Shown here piece after piece: positions 20,401-30,356 of a DNA stretch of 55,590 bases. The first letter of the stretch is position 1. Each line of letters begins with the position of its first letter. The notes beneath the pieces are model-generated. The model saw only the letters and a program-made list of their open reading frames with translations, had not been told where the DNA came from and did no database searches. The position numbers were made by a program, and so were the translations under genes. This stretch comes from Solirubrobacteraceae bacterium (GTDB lineage: Bacteria; Actinomycetota; Thermoleophilia; Solirubrobacterales; Solirubrobacteraceae): assembly GCA_035551955.1 (NCBI GenBank), contig DASZMD010000229.1, positions 1-55,590 of the forward strand, written 5' to 3'.

Positions 20401-21144
20401 ATGTATGTGGCGATTCGCCACGACGGGGGCGCTGACTCGGTCGCCGTCGAGGAGCCCCTGGAGATCCGGGTCGACGGCGCGGCGCTGGCCGTGACCATGC
20501 GGACGCCGGGGCATGACGAGGAACTGGCGGTGGGCTTCCTCTACGGCGAGGGCCTGATCGACGGGCCGCGGGCGGTGGGGCTGAGCGAGGATCTGGCCAA
20601 GAACGCGATCGAGGTGGCGGGGCCGCTTCTCCGCGATCCCGGGGCGCGGCGCTTCTACACGACGTCGTCGTGCGGGGTGTGCGGCAAGGGGGCGATCGAG
20701 GAGGTGGCCGTGCACAGCGCGCCCCTGCCCGCCGGCCCCCGGCTCGAGCGGGCGGTGATCGCCCGGCTGCCCGAGCGCTTGTCCCAGCCCGCCTTCGAGC
20801 GGACGGGCGGCGTGCATGCCACGGGGCTGTTCGACGCCCACGGCGAGCTCCTGTGGAGCCGTGAGGACGTGGGAAGGCACAACGCCATGGACAAGGTCAT
20901 CGGGCGGGCGCTGCTCGACGGCCTGCTCCCCCTCCATGACCACGTGCTGTGCGTGAGCGGCCGGCTGTCCTTCGAGCTCGTCCAGAAGGCCGCCGTGGCC
21001 GGCGTGCCGGTCCTCGTGGGCGTCGGCGCGCCGAGCTCGCTGGCGATCGAGCTCGCCGAGGACCGCGGGCTCACGCTGTGCGGCTTCGCCCGCGGGTCCA
21101 GCGTCAACGTCTACACCCACCCCGGCCGCGCCCCGCGGGGGTAA
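20401..21144 (+). CDS. fdhD: Formate dehydrogenase accessory sulfurtransferase FdhD
   Basis: EEPL, TMRTPG, SSCGVCG, TGGVHA, EDVGRHNAMDK, APSSLA. Confidence 0.95.
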   Translation: MYVAIRHDGGADSVAVEEPLEIRVDGAALAVTMRTPGHDEELAVGFLYGEGLIDGPRAVGLSEDLAKNAIEVAGPLLRDPGARRFYTTSSCGVCGKGAIEEVAVHSAPLPAGPRLERAVIARLPERLSQPAFERTGGVHATGLFDAHGELLWSREDVGRHNAMDKVIGRALLDGLLPLHDHVLCVSGRLSFELVQKAAVAGVPVLVGVGAPSSLAIELAEDRGLTLCGFARGSSVNVYTHPGRAPRG

Positions 21145-21147
21145 GCC

Positions 21148-22458
21148 GTGATCACGCCGCTGCGTACCTGGTCGGTTCCCCGGCTCCCGCTCGTCCCCGA
21201 TCCGCTGCGGCGGATCCGGGTCCCCCGCGATGTCAGCGAGGTGACGAGCATCGGCGTCGAGAAGGACCCCGAGCGCGCCGGGATGAGCGCGGACGCGATC
21301 GAGGCGATCTGGGACTCGGCCGTGAATCTCTACCGCAGCGGCGTGCATCCGGCCGTCCAGCTGTGCCTGCGCCGTAACGGGGTCGTCGTCCTCGACCGCA
21401 CCATCGGCCACGCGCGCGGCAACGGGCCCCACGATCCGCCCGAGACCCGGAAGGTCCTCGCCACCCCCGAGACCCCCTTCTGCATCTACTCGAGCTCGAA
21501 GGCGCTGACCGCGGTGGTCGTCCACCTGCTCGCCGAGCGCGGCGAGCTCGACATCTTCGACCGGGTGAGCGACTACATCCCCGAGTACGCGCGCCGGGGC
21601 AAAGGGGGGACGACGATCGCCCACGTGCTCTCCCACCGGGCCGGCGTCCCGGCGATCCCGCCCGCGGCCCTCGACCTCGAGCGGGTCGAGGACCGGGAGT
21701 TCATCATCGACCTGCTGTGTAACGCCCGGCCCTTCGTGCGTCCGGGAACCCTGCTCGCCTACCACGCGATCTCGGGCGGCTACATCCTGGGGGAGATCGT
21801 CAACCGGGTGACCGGGAAGAGCATCCGCGAGGTCCTCGCCGCCGAGATCCTCGACCCGCTCGGCTTCCGGTGGACGAACTACGGCGTCCGCCCCGAGGAC
21901 GTGCCCGCGGTGGGGCGCGACTACGTGACCGGACCGCCACTCCTGCCCCCGCTGTCGATACTCGTCAAGCGCGTGCTCAGCCTCCCCGTCGACTGCGTCG
22001 TGGAACTGGCCGGGGACCCGCGCTTCCTCACCGGCGTGGTCCCCGCGGGCAACGTGGTGACCACCGCCAACGAGCTCTCGCGCTTCTTCGAGATCCTCCG
22101 CGCGGGCGGCGAGCTCGACGGGGTGCGCGTGGTGACGCCGCGGACCCTCCGCCGGGCCCTGACCCAGCAGGCGCACCTGGAGATCGACCTCCAGCTCGGC
22201 TTCCCCGTCCGCTACAGCTACGGACTGATGCTCGGGGCCAAGCTCATCAGCCCCTACGGCCGCGACACCGACCTCGCCTTCGGCCACCTCGGCTTCATCA
22301 ACATCGCCGGCTGGGCCGATCCCGAGCGCGCGCTCTCGGCGGCGGTGATCACTTCGGGCAAGGCGATCGTCTATCCCGAGATCCTGCGCTTCTACGGGCT
22401 CATGCAGCGGATCGCCTCCGAGGTCCCGAAGGCGCCCGCCTCGGCGCGGGCGTTCTAG
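21148..22458 (+). CDS. Beta-lactamase-family serine hydrolase (LipE-like esterase)
   Basis: SxxK (YSSSK), LSHRAG, AYHAISGG, AFGHLG, WADPER. Confidence 0.9.
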   Translation: MITPLRTWSVPRLPLVPDPLRRIRVPRDVSEVTSIGVEKDPERAGMSADAIEAIWDSAVNLYRSGVHPAVQLCLRRNGVVVLDRTIGHARGNGPHDPPETRKVLATPETPFCIYSSSKALTAVVVHLLAERGELDIFDRVSDYIPEYARRGKGGTTIAHVLSHRAGVPAIPPAALDLERVEDREFIIDLLCNARPFVRPGTLLAYHAISGGYILGEIVNRVTGKSIREVLAAEILDPLGFRWTNYGVRPEDVPAVGRDYVTGPPLLPPLSILVKRVLSLPVDCVVELAGDPRFLTGVVPAGNVVTTANELSRFFEILRAGGELDGVRVVTPRTLRRALTQQAHLEIDLQLGFPVRYSYGLMLGAKLISPYGRDTDLAFGHLGFINIAGWADPERALSAAVITSGKAIVYPEILRFYGLMQRIASEVPKAPASARAF

Positions 22459-23585
22459 GAAGAGCCGGTCGCGGCCGCGACCCGCGCCAGGGTCTCGATG
22501 TCCTGCGCCGAGGACCACGCCCCCACCGAGGCCCGCACCAGCCCCCGTCCGGGGATGCTGCGGACGATGAGCCCGGCGGCAGCCAGGCGCTCGACCTCGG
22601 CCTCGGGGTCCTCGACCCGCCAGGAGACGAGCGTCGAGCGTCCGCGTGGGGCGACCTCGAGGCCCCGGGCCTCGAGTCCGGCCACCAGGGCCAGGGCCGT
22701 CTCGGCAGCGCGCTCGTGCACCCAGTCCCATCCCGGCGCGGTGAGGACCTCGAGCGAGGCGATGGCCCAGGCGCTGCGCAGCCCGGGCGGGAAGCCGTGG
22801 TCAAAGCGCGTCGCGCCCTCCGCGGGCTCGAGGTCGAAGGGGTCGCTGCCCCGGCTCACCGAGCCATAGCCCGGCCACGGGATGAGCAGGTCCTCGACGT
22901 GGTCGGGGTGAACGTACAGGCAGCCGCTTCCCTCCGGTCCGCACAGCCACTTCTGACCGGAGGCGGCGTAGAAGGCGCAGCCGAGCTCGCGTACGTTGAC
23001 GGGTACGGCCCCGAGGCCCTGGGCGCCGTCGAGCACGACCGGCACTCCCGAGGCCACGAGGGCGGGAACGTCCATGACCCGCCCGGAAACCCACGAGACG
23101 TGCGAGCAGGCGATCAGGCGGGCGGAGGAAGAGGCGGCTGCTTCGACGAGCTGCTCCCACGGCACGACGCGCACGTTCGCCCCGTGGCGGACCCGGGCGC
23201 GGGCAAGGGGCGCGAGCAGACCGGGATGCTCCTCGTCGGTGGTGAGGATCTCGTCACCGGGCCGGAGGTCGAGCCCGGCGACGACGGTGTTGACGCCGTC
23301 GGTCGTCGACCCGGTGAGGGCGACCGAGCTGAAGTCGCACCCGAGCGCGGCCGCGTAGCGAGCGCGCAGGTCGGCCGCGAGCGCCATCAGCTCCTCGAAG
23401 TAGGGGCGCCCGCACCGGCCGCCCGAGAGCTCGCGCTCGATCCGGGCGCTCGCCGCCTCGCCCGCGGCGCGCGGCACCGGGCCCTCGGTGCCGGCGTTCA
23501 GGTAGGCGAGCTCAGCGAGCACGGGGAACTGCGCGCGGAAGGCCTCGGGATCGGTCGGCGTTGACTGCTCAGCTTCCTGGGACAT
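22455..23585 (-). CDS. Class V PLP aminotransferase / C-S lyase
   Basis: YLNAGTEGP, SHVSWVSG, LDGAQ, SGQKWLCGPEG (PLP lysine). Confidence 0.9.
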   Translation of the reverse strand: MSQEAEQSTPTDPEAFRAQFPVLAELAYLNAGTEGPVPRAAGEAASARIERELSGGRCGRPYFEELMALAADLRARYAAALGCDFSSVALTGSTTDGVNTVVAGLDLRPGDEILTTDEEHPGLLAPLARARVRHGANVRVVPWEQLVEAAASSSARLIACSHVSWVSGRVMDVPALVASGVPVVLDGAQGLGAVPVNVRELGCAFYAASGQKWLCGPEGSGCLYVHPDHVEDLLIPWPGYGSVSRGSDPFDLEPAEGATRFDHGFPPGLRSAWAIASLEVLTAPGWDWVHERAAETALALVAGLEARGLEVAPRGRSTLVSWRVEDPEAEVERLAAAGLIVRSIPGRGLVRASVGAWSSAQDIETLARVAAATGSS

Positions 23586-23588
23586 GGC

Positions 23589-23915
23589 TCAGCTGACCGG
23601 GATCCCGTCCTTGATGCACGCCGCCTTGATCTCGCGAGCGGTCTCCCCGACGTAACCCTCCCCCCGGCCCGCGGACCGACACAGGTCGCGGGCGTTGGCG
23701 CCGCACTGGTGGATCGCCGCCCCGCCCGTGGGGCCGAGGATGGAGACGTCGACGCATCCTCGCGCGCTCGTCTGGCTCGGGGCGGCGAGGGCGATGACGA
23801 GGACGACGGCGAGCGCCACCATCCCGGCAAGGACGCCACCCACCGTCCATTTCTCCGCTCTCGATAAGGGACGCCTGGCGGCGATCTCTCGATGGTGCCC
23901 AGGCGGCAGGACCAT
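23589..23915 (-). CDS. Small membrane-anchored hypothetical protein
   Basis: One TM helix and four Cys. TAGACT lies 7 nt upstream of the ATG (likely leaderless). Confidence 0.75.
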   Translation of the reverse strand: MVLPPGHHREIAARRPLSRAEKWTVGGVLAGMVALAVVLVIALAAPSQTSARGCVDVSILGPTGGAAIHQCGANARDLCRSAGRGEGYVGETAREIKAACIKDGIPVS

Positions 23916-23960
23916 GGGCGGGAGTCTACGAGCAGTGCCCCTGCCGAGGGCGCGCGCCGG

Positions 23961-25433
23961 TCAGCTCCCGATGGTGGTGAGGGAGAAGGGCTCGAGCTCG
24001 ACGGCGCCACCCGTGGTGCCCGTCACGTCGTGCAGGGTGGCGGCCCCCGCGACCAGGGTGATGGGTCGCCCGTAGCGCTCGCCGTAGGGCAGGCCGCGGA
24101 GCGCCCGCGGGACCGTGATGGCAACCGGCCGGCGCGAGAGGTTGACGATCACGGCACCGAACCCGGACCTGCTCGCGAGGATGACGCCGCGAACCGCGAG
24201 CGGGCCAAAGCTCATCGTCCGCAGGGCGCTCGCCCCTGCGAGGGCGCGGTCGAGCGCCTGCATGGCGACGCCCCCGGTGGCGAGGCCGAACAGAGGCGTC
24301 GGCGGGGCGTGAGCGCTGACGGCGCGGAAGGTGATCTGGCCGCCCCCGCCCCCGCCCCCGCTCGCCAGCTGCAGGCCGGCCGTGGTGCCGAAGATGGCGC
24401 CGAACGGGGCGCTGTCGACCAGCGTCTCGTAGTCGGCCTGGACGACCCGAGGGGCGCTCATGAGATCGAGGCCGAAGGAGGCGACGGCGAGCCCCTGCGC
24501 CCAGGTCCCGTGGACACGGGCGACGGTGTCGAACAGGTTCCATTCGGTGACCCACACCTCGAGCCGGGGCAGCCGGGCGATGAGGCGGGCGAGGCGCGCC
24601 CAGCGGCGGGCCGGCGACCTCAACATCTGCTCGGCCGCCACCGGGGAGGCCAGCGAGGCGCCGGGACCGAGCCCCGAGGCGAAGTAGGCGTGCAGGCTCA
24701 GCGCCGACTCGCCGCGGAGCGTGCTCAGCATCTCCGCGTTCCAGCCTCGCTCACGCTCGTTGACCGTGCTCGAGTTGGTGTCGCGGCCGGCGTAGGCATC
24801 GGCGGCCACGAGGACGCCGGGGAACTCCCGCCTGATCGCAGCGATCCAGCGCGTGGCCACGCGGCCGTACTGGGCGCCGTCGTGGAAGCGATAGGCGTAC
24901 GGGGGCAGGTAGAGCTCGTTGCCGAGCTCGACCTCGTTGATCGGCATCCCGAGCCGGCGAGCGGCGTGGAGCATGGCCAGCTGGGAGTGCAGGTCGCTGG
25001 TGAGGAGGTTGAGGTCGAACACGGGCGTGGCGCCCGACGCCTGCACCAGTCGAGCCCAGTCGGCCAGGGTGACGTGGACGCGGTTCCGGAGCGCCTCCAG
25101 GGTCGAGGGGACGTGGGGGGAGCGCACGTAGGTCCCCGTTCGCCAGTTCCAGAAGTTGGCCGGGGTACCGCCGAACACGCGGATGGCCTGAGGATGGAGC
25201 GAGGCGACGGTGCTGAGAAAGCGCGAGTTGGACCAAACCCCAGGCCCGATGATCGCCTCCCCGTTGACCCCCAGGAGCCCCGGGGGCAGCGGGCGCACCG
25301 GCCCGAGGACGGCGTGATGCCGGGGACCGTGAGGGACGGGCGGGGGCGAGGTGCGGTGATGGCGCACGAGCGCCGCGACGAGGAGCACGACGACGAGGAC
25401 GAGCAGGAGCCCGGGGACGAATCGCCTGCTCAT
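23961..25433 (-). CDS. Secreted/anchored clan GH-A glycoside hydrolase (GH51/GH79-like)
   Basis: N-terminal hydrophobic anchor, IRVFGGTPANFWNW, acid/base ELGNE, nucleophile VWVTEWN, C-terminal beta-sandwich. Confidence 0.75.
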   Translation of the reverse strand: MSRRFVPGLLLVLVVVLLVAALVRHHRTSPPPVPHGPRHHAVLGPVRPLPPGLLGVNGEAIIGPGVWSNSRFLSTVASLHPQAIRVFGGTPANFWNWRTGTYVRSPHVPSTLEALRNRVHVTLADWARLVQASGATPVFDLNLLTSDLHSQLAMLHAARRLGMPINEVELGNELYLPPYAYRFHDGAQYGRVATRWIAAIRREFPGVLVAADAYAGRDTNSSTVNERERGWNAEMLSTLRGESALSLHAYFASGLGPGASLASPVAAEQMLRSPARRWARLARLIARLPRLEVWVTEWNLFDTVARVHGTWAQGLAVASFGLDLMSAPRVVQADYETLVDSAPFGAIFGTTAGLQLASGGGGGGGQITFRAVSAHAPPTPLFGLATGGVAMQALDRALAGASALRTMSFGPLAVRGVILASRSGFGAVIVNLSRRPVAITVPRALRGLPYGERYGRPITLVAGAATLHDVTGTTGGAVELEPFSLTTIGS

Positions 25434-25455
25434 CGCGCCGGGAATCGCAACCGCG

Positions 25456-26226
25456 CTACAGCGAGGCCTGGACGGCGACGGGCTCCTGGCCCACCGCCCG
25501 CAGCGCGTTCTCGACCGCTTCGATCACGATCTCGAGCACGCGCACCCGGGCGTAGGGCTTGGACTCGGCGGCGACCACGCGCCACGGGGCGTCGGCGTGG
25601 TCGCTCTCGGCCAGCATGTCCGCGACGGCCTGCTCGTAGTCGGCGCGGCGCGCGAGGTTGCGCCAGTCCTCGTCCGTCAGCTTCCAGCGCTTGAGGGGAT
25701 CGCGCTCACGGGCGCGGAAGCGGCGGAGCTGCTCGTGCTCGGAGACATGCAGCCAGAACTTGACCAGGACCATCCCCTCGATCGCGAGCCCGTGCTCGAA
25801 CCCGACGATCTGCGGATACGCGCGCCGCCACTCCTCCTCGGTCGCGAACCCCTCCACGCGCTCGACGAGGACGCGCCCGTACCAGGAGCGGTCGAGCACG
25901 GCCATACCGCCCCAGCCGGGGAGGGCGGGGGCGAAACGGTGCAGGAAGTGGTGGCGGCGCTCGTCCTCGCTGGGGGCGGCGAACTGGGAGACGCGGACGT
26001 GGCGCGGGTCGAGCGGCGAGACCAGGCGCCGGATCGCTCCCCCCTTGCCGGAGGCGTCCCACCCCTCGAAGAGGACGCACAGGGGCGGGCCGAGCCGGCG
26101 TTCCCCGATCAGGCCGCCGAGCTGGAGGCGCAGGGCCAGCAGCCGCTTCTGCGCCGCTTCGATGCGGGGCAGGCTCTCGGCCGATCCGAGCTTCTGGTCG
26201 AGGTCCACGTCGTTGAGCGAGGCCAC
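25456..26226 (-). CDS. ppk2: Polyphosphate kinase 2 family protein
   Basis: FEGWDASGKGG, LDRSWYGRVLVERVEG, WKLTDEDW. TACACT lies 6 nt upstream of the GTG. Confidence 0.93.
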   Translation of the reverse strand: MASLNDVDLDQKLGSAESLPRIEAAQKRLLALRLQLGGLIGERRLGPPLCVLFEGWDASGKGGAIRRLVSPLDPRHVRVSQFAAPSEDERRHHFLHRFAPALPGWGGMAVLDRSWYGRVLVERVEGFATEEEWRRAYPQIVGFEHGLAIEGMVLVKFWLHVSEHEQLRRFRARERDPLKRWKLTDEDWRNLARRADYEQAVADMLAESDHADAPWRVVAAESKPYARVRVLEIVIEAVENALRAVGQEPVAVQASL

Positions 26227-26379
26227 GCTGTGAGTGTAGGTCCCAGTGCACCGGCACGAGGTTCATCGGGGTTTGCGGACTTCCACGGCTCGCGGGTAAG
26301 CGGGTTTCCCGGTCGCGAGGACGACCAAAGCTGCCGATAAGGGATTCAGAATTCCTACCACCGGGGAGATGTGGAACGA

Positions 26380-26616
26380 ATGGCCGCTCAAGCTCTGACA
26401 TCGATGCGCGAACTCGACAGCCGCACCAGTGACGGGATCAGCGTGCGGCTCCTGTGGCACGAGCCCGACGGCAGGCTCTTCGTCACCGTCGCCGACAGCA
26501 AGACGGGCGACGCGTTCGACCTCGAGATCCGCGACCGCGAGCGCACCCGCGAGGTGTTCCACCATCCCTTCGCCTACGCAGCCTGGTACGGCGTCTCCAC
26601 CCGCAAGACGAGCTGA
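26380..26616 (+). CDS. Small hypothetical protein
   Basis: RELDSRTSDGISVRLLW...FHHPFAYA; GGGGAG RBS and GCCGATAA upstream. Confidence 0.75.
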   Translation: MAAQALTSMRELDSRTSDGISVRLLWHEPDGRLFVTVADSKTGDAFDLEIRDRERTREVFHHPFAYAAWYGVSTRKTS

Positions 26617-26655
26617 CGGACCGGCGCCGCGTGCGCCTCTAGTAGCGTCAGGCCG

Positions 26656-27048
26656 ATGGGTGAAGGGAGCGCCGGTCACAGTCCGATCAGGATCGTGCTC
26701 GCGGACGATCACACGCTGATGCGAAACGGGCTGCGGCTGCTCCTCGAGGCCGAGGAGGGATTCGAGGTCGTCGCCGAGGCGGGCGACATCCAGTCGCTGC
26801 TCCAGCAGGCCCGCGGCCACCGGCACGAGGTGCTCGTCCTCGACCTCAACATGCCCGGCGGGTCGAGCATCCAGGCGATCTCGACGCTGGCGAGGATCGC
26901 CCCCCGGACCGCGGTGGTCATCCTCACCATGGAGCAGGATCCGGCCCTGATGCGCGCGGCCTACGAGGCGGGCGCGAGCGGCTACGTGCTCAAGGAGGAG
27001 GCGCCCACCGAGCTCGTGCGCGCGATCCGCGCGGCGGTGGGCCGATAG
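26656..27048 (+). CDS. Stand-alone NarL-type receiver domain (no HTH)
   Basis: VLADDH, LVLDLNMP, ILTM, GYVLK; stop codon directly after the receiver. Confidence 0.9.
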   Translation: MGEGSAGHSPIRIVLADDHTLMRNGLRLLLEAEEGFEVVAEAGDIQSLLQQARGHRHEVLVLDLNMPGGSSIQAISTLARIAPRTAVVILTMEQDPALMRAAYEAGASGYVLKEEAPTELVRAIRAAVGR

Positions 27049-27051
27049 GTC

Positions 27052-28431
27052 CTACTCGCCGCCGAGGACTTGGTCCTCGATCCGCCGCGGCTCCTCGGCG
27101 TCGATCTCGACAACGCCGCGCACGACCACGCCCGCGCCGAAGGTGACGTCGCCGTGCACCACGAGCCGCTCCGCCTCGCGCAGCGACGGCGGACCGGCGG
27201 GGAAACGCTCCTCGAAGTCGTCGAGCAGCCTGTAGAAGCAGGGATCGAGCTCCACGTAGGGGAGGCTGTCGGCGCGCTCGGGCCTCGCCGCGACGACGCA
27301 GTCCTCGGTTAGGGTGTAGACGTCGGAGCGGAGCACGAGCAGGTCGTCGGTCGTCTTCACGGGCACGAAGCGGGTGCGGGGGACGAGGAGCAGGCCGGAC
27401 TCGGGGAACCTCCCGATCGCCGCCCCCATCGCGCTCTCGAGCTGGAGCACCGGGGGGGAGTCGGAGTCGCGGGGGTCGACCGTCTTGCGGTTGACGATGA
27501 GCGGCAGCTCGAGCACGCCGTCGTTCTCCTCGAGCGCGGCCGCCAGGGCTTCGAGATCGATCCACAGGTTGTTGGTGTTGTAGTAGCGCCAGCGGCGATA
27601 GTCGCGGAAAGACTCGAGGTCCTCGGCCGGCGTCTGCGCGGTCTCGCGCAGGACGAGCTGGCCGTCCGCCCGCCGGCGGGCGATGTGGCCGCCCTTGCGC
27701 TCGGCCTCGGTCCCCTCGACGACCTCCATCAGGAACGGCACCCCTTCGGCGGCCACGTGGGCGGCGATGCGCGGGTCGAGGGTGGCTCCCAGGTTGTCGG
27801 CGTTGGAGATCATCGCGTAGCGGAAGCCGCGCTCGCGCAGCGTCGCCAGCATCCCCGAGCTCGCCAGCGCGCTGTAGACGTCGCCGTGGCCGGGCGGGCA
27901 CCACTCGAGCGCGGGCGCGCCCGGCCAGCTCACGGGCGCGAGCGTGTCGGCGTCGAGCTTGGGGATCATGCTCTGGAGGAAATCGGGGGGCATGTCGTCG
28001 CCCAGCTCGGTGTGCGCGGCCAGGGCCTTCAGCGTCTCCTCCCGCGTCGCCTCGCTGTCCATCAGGAGCAGGGGGAGCTCGACGCCGTAACGGCGGCGCA
28101 GCGCCAGCGTCTGGCCGATGATGATGTCCAGAAACGAGCGTCCCTCGCGCGCCTCGAGCAGGGACTTCGGGCTGCGCAGGCCCATTGAGGTGGCCAGGCC
28201 GCCGTTGAGCTTGATCACGACCACGTGCTCGAGCGCGGCGGCGCCGTCGACCTTGGGCAGGTCGGCGAGCGCGGGGACCTCCCCCGCGGGCTCGAGCTCG
28301 TCGCTCGGGAGCATGCCCGACTCGCCGCCCACCAGGCGCTCGTAGGCGCTACGGAAGGCGCGGATCACCCCTTCGGGCTGACCCGCGACACGCATCTTCT
28401 CCTCTGCCGCCTGCAGGCCGTCCGTGCTCAT
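27052..28431 (-). CDS. UTP--glucose-1-phosphate uridylyltransferase, eukaryotic type (PF01704)
   Basis: KLNGGLATSMG, EWCPPGHGD, ISNADNLGA, NTNNLW, QLESAMG, RFVPVKTTDDL. Confidence 0.93.
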   Translation of the reverse strand: MSTDGLQAAEEKMRVAGQPEGVIRAFRSAYERLVGGESGMLPSDELEPAGEVPALADLPKVDGAAALEHVVVIKLNGGLATSMGLRSPKSLLEAREGRSFLDIIIGQTLALRRRYGVELPLLLMDSEATREETLKALAAHTELGDDMPPDFLQSMIPKLDADTLAPVSWPGAPALEWCPPGHGDVYSALASSGMLATLRERGFRYAMISNADNLGATLDPRIAAHVAAEGVPFLMEVVEGTEAERKGGHIARRRADGQLVLRETAQTPAEDLESFRDYRRWRYYNTNNLWIDLEALAAALEENDGVLELPLIVNRKTVDPRDSDSPPVLQLESAMGAAIGRFPESGLLLVPRTRFVPVKTTDDLLVLRSDVYTLTEDCVVAARPERADSLPYVELDPCFYRLLDDFEERFPAGPPSLREAERLVVHGDVTFGAGVVVRGVVEIDAEEPRRIEDQVLGGE

Positions 28432-28474
28432 GTGATGTGCATTGTCTCCGGAACGAGTCCGCGGGGTCGGCCTC

Positions 28475-29305
28475 TCAGCCGGCGGCGGCGCTCTCCTGCT
28501 GGGCGGCGAGCCGAGCCCGCCGGTACTCCTCGACGACGATCTCGGTCAGCTCCTCGACCGAGGTGTCGGCGGTCTGCTTGTCAAGCGCGATGACGCCGTC
28601 CTGGATCAGGTTCACCCGGTCACAGGCGGCGAGGACGTGGACGTAATTGTGGAGGATCATGATGATCGAGACGTTCCCCTGCTCTTTGAGGCGCGCGATG
28701 AGATCGAGGATCGCCGCGCCCTCCTTGGCCCCCATGGCCGCGAGCGGCTCGTCGAGGAGGAGGATGTCGGCGTCGCCGGAGACGGTGCGGGCGACGGCGA
28801 TGGCTTGGCGCTGGCCGCCCGAGAGGCGGGCCACGGGGACGTCGATGCGGGGGATGTTGATCCCGATCTGGTCGAGCGCCGCCCGCGCCTCGCGCTTCAT
28901 CTCCCGGTTGGCGAGCAGGGGGACGGGTCGGTGCACGCGCTCGCGGTGGAGAAACAGGTTGTGGTAGACGCTTAGCTGATCGATCAGGGCCAGGTCCTGG
29001 AACACCGTGTCGATCCCGTGGGCACGCGCGTCATCGACGCTCTTGGGCGTATAGGGCGCGCCCTTGCACCACATCTGCCCGGAGTCCTGCCTGATGAAGC
29101 CGGAGATGATCTTGATCAGCGTCGACTTCCCAGCGCCGTTGTCGCCCAGGAGCCCGAGCACCTCGCCCTGGCGCAGGTGGAGATTGACGTCGCGCAGCGC
29201 CACCGTGGGTCCGAAGCGCTTGGCGATGTGCTCGACGCGGAGGACGTCGTCGGGCGCCGAGGTGGGGGGAACGATCTTCTCGTCGCCGATTGCCTGGTCA
29301 GTCAC
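28475..29305 (-). CDS. Sugar ABC transporter ATP-binding protein
   Basis: GDNGAGKST, LSGGQ, LLLDEP, H-switch ILHN. Confidence 0.95.
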   Translation of the reverse strand: MTDQAIGDEKIVPPTSAPDDVLRVEHIAKRFGPTVALRDVNLHLRQGEVLGLLGDNGAGKSTLIKIISGFIRQDSGQMWCKGAPYTPKSVDDARAHGIDTVFQDLALIDQLSVYHNLFLHRERVHRPVPLLANREMKREARAALDQIGINIPRIDVPVARLSGGQRQAIAVARTVSGDADILLLDEPLAAMGAKEGAAILDLIARLKEQGNVSIIMILHNYVHVLAACDRVNLIQDGVIALDKQTADTSVEELTEIVVEEYRRARLAAQQESAAAG

Positions 29306-30350
29306 GCCCCGACCCCGTCCGGACGCGCTGGACGTAGACGTTGACCGTCATGGCGATGAGGATGGCGAGTCCGAGGTACAGGTCGGTGTAGTTGGCGCTC
29401 ACGCCCTTGATCACGAGACCATCGTTGAGGACCCCGAGGAACAGGGCGCCGATCAGCGCCCCCACCACCGTCCCGGCGCCACCGGTCATCAGCGTGCCGC
29501 CGATGATCACGGCGGCGACGGCCTGAAGAAGAATCGTGTTTGACCCGGAGGGGTCGGGGGTCACCGTCGAGGAGCGCACCGCCTCGAGGATGCCGACGAA
29601 CCCCGCGGTGGTGGCGCAGAGGATGAAGTTGCGCACGAGCACGATCCGGACGTTGACCCCCGCCTCGGCCGCCCCCAGCCGGTTACTCCCCACGGCCACC
29701 GTGTGAAGGCCCCAGCGGGTGAAGGACAGGGCGATCTGGAGGACGATGACGATCCCGAGCGCCCAGAACAGCTCCGAGTACGTCCCCGCCCCGAAGACCT
29801 GCGCGAACGAGGTCGTCCCGGCCACCGAGGTACCCGGCGTTGTCACCTGGGTGGCATGGGAGATGACCAGGGTGACACCGTCGAGGACGAAGAGGAGACC
29901 GAGGGTGGCCACGAACGAGGCGATACCGACATAGGCGACGAAGAACCCGTTGATCGCGCCCAGGACCATGGCCACCACCAGCGACAGGATCAGGGCTGGG
30001 ATCAGGGGAATCCCGGCGTTGCTGAGCTTGTAGAAGAGGAAGGGGGTGAACAGATACAGCGCCCCGATCGACAGGTCGATCTCCCCCGTGGTCATCACGA
30101 ACACCTGCCCGGCCGCCATGATCGCGAAGGGAGCGAAGTAGGGGAGCAGCGACTTGTAGTTGTTAACGGTGAGGAAGCTGTGGACGCTGGTCGCGAAGTA
30201 GATGATCGTGATCAGGGTGACGACGATGATGCTCCCCTCGCGCAGGGTGAGCAGCCGCTTGAGGAGGCCGAGACCGGCGGTCGCGCGGCGGTGACCCGAA
30301 TCCGCGCCCTCGGGCGAGGCGGCCTGCGGGCTGCCGGAGGTGACAGCCAC
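29298..30350 (-). CDS. Sugar ABC transporter permease (RbsC/BPD_transp_2)
   Basis: GEIDLSIG, ASFVATLG, AVGSNRLGAAEAGV, AVIIGGT. Confidence 0.95.
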   Translation of the reverse strand: MAVTSGSPQAASPEGADSGHRRATAGLGLLKRLLTLREGSIIVVTLITIIYFATSVHSFLTVNNYKSLLPYFAPFAIMAAGQVFVMTTGEIDLSIGALYLFTPFLFYKLSNAGIPLIPALILSLVVAMVLGAINGFFVAYVGIASFVATLGLLFVLDGVTLVISHATQVTTPGTSVAGTTSFAQVFGAGTYSELFWALGIVIVLQIALSFTRWGLHTVAVGSNRLGAAEAGVNVRIVLVRNFILCATTAGFVGILEAVRSSTVTPDPSGSNTILLQAVAAVIIGGTLMTGGAGTVVGALIGALFLGVLNDGLVIKGVSANYTDLYLGLAILIAMTVNVYVQRVRTGSGRD

Positions 30351-30356
30351 CGCCAG

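Noticed and set aside
20401-23585. FdhD plus class V PLP enzyme as a sulfur relay
   Set aside because: The PLP enzyme lacks the C-terminal catalytic Cys loop of IscS/SufS, is convergent, and no formate dehydrogenase gene is in the window.
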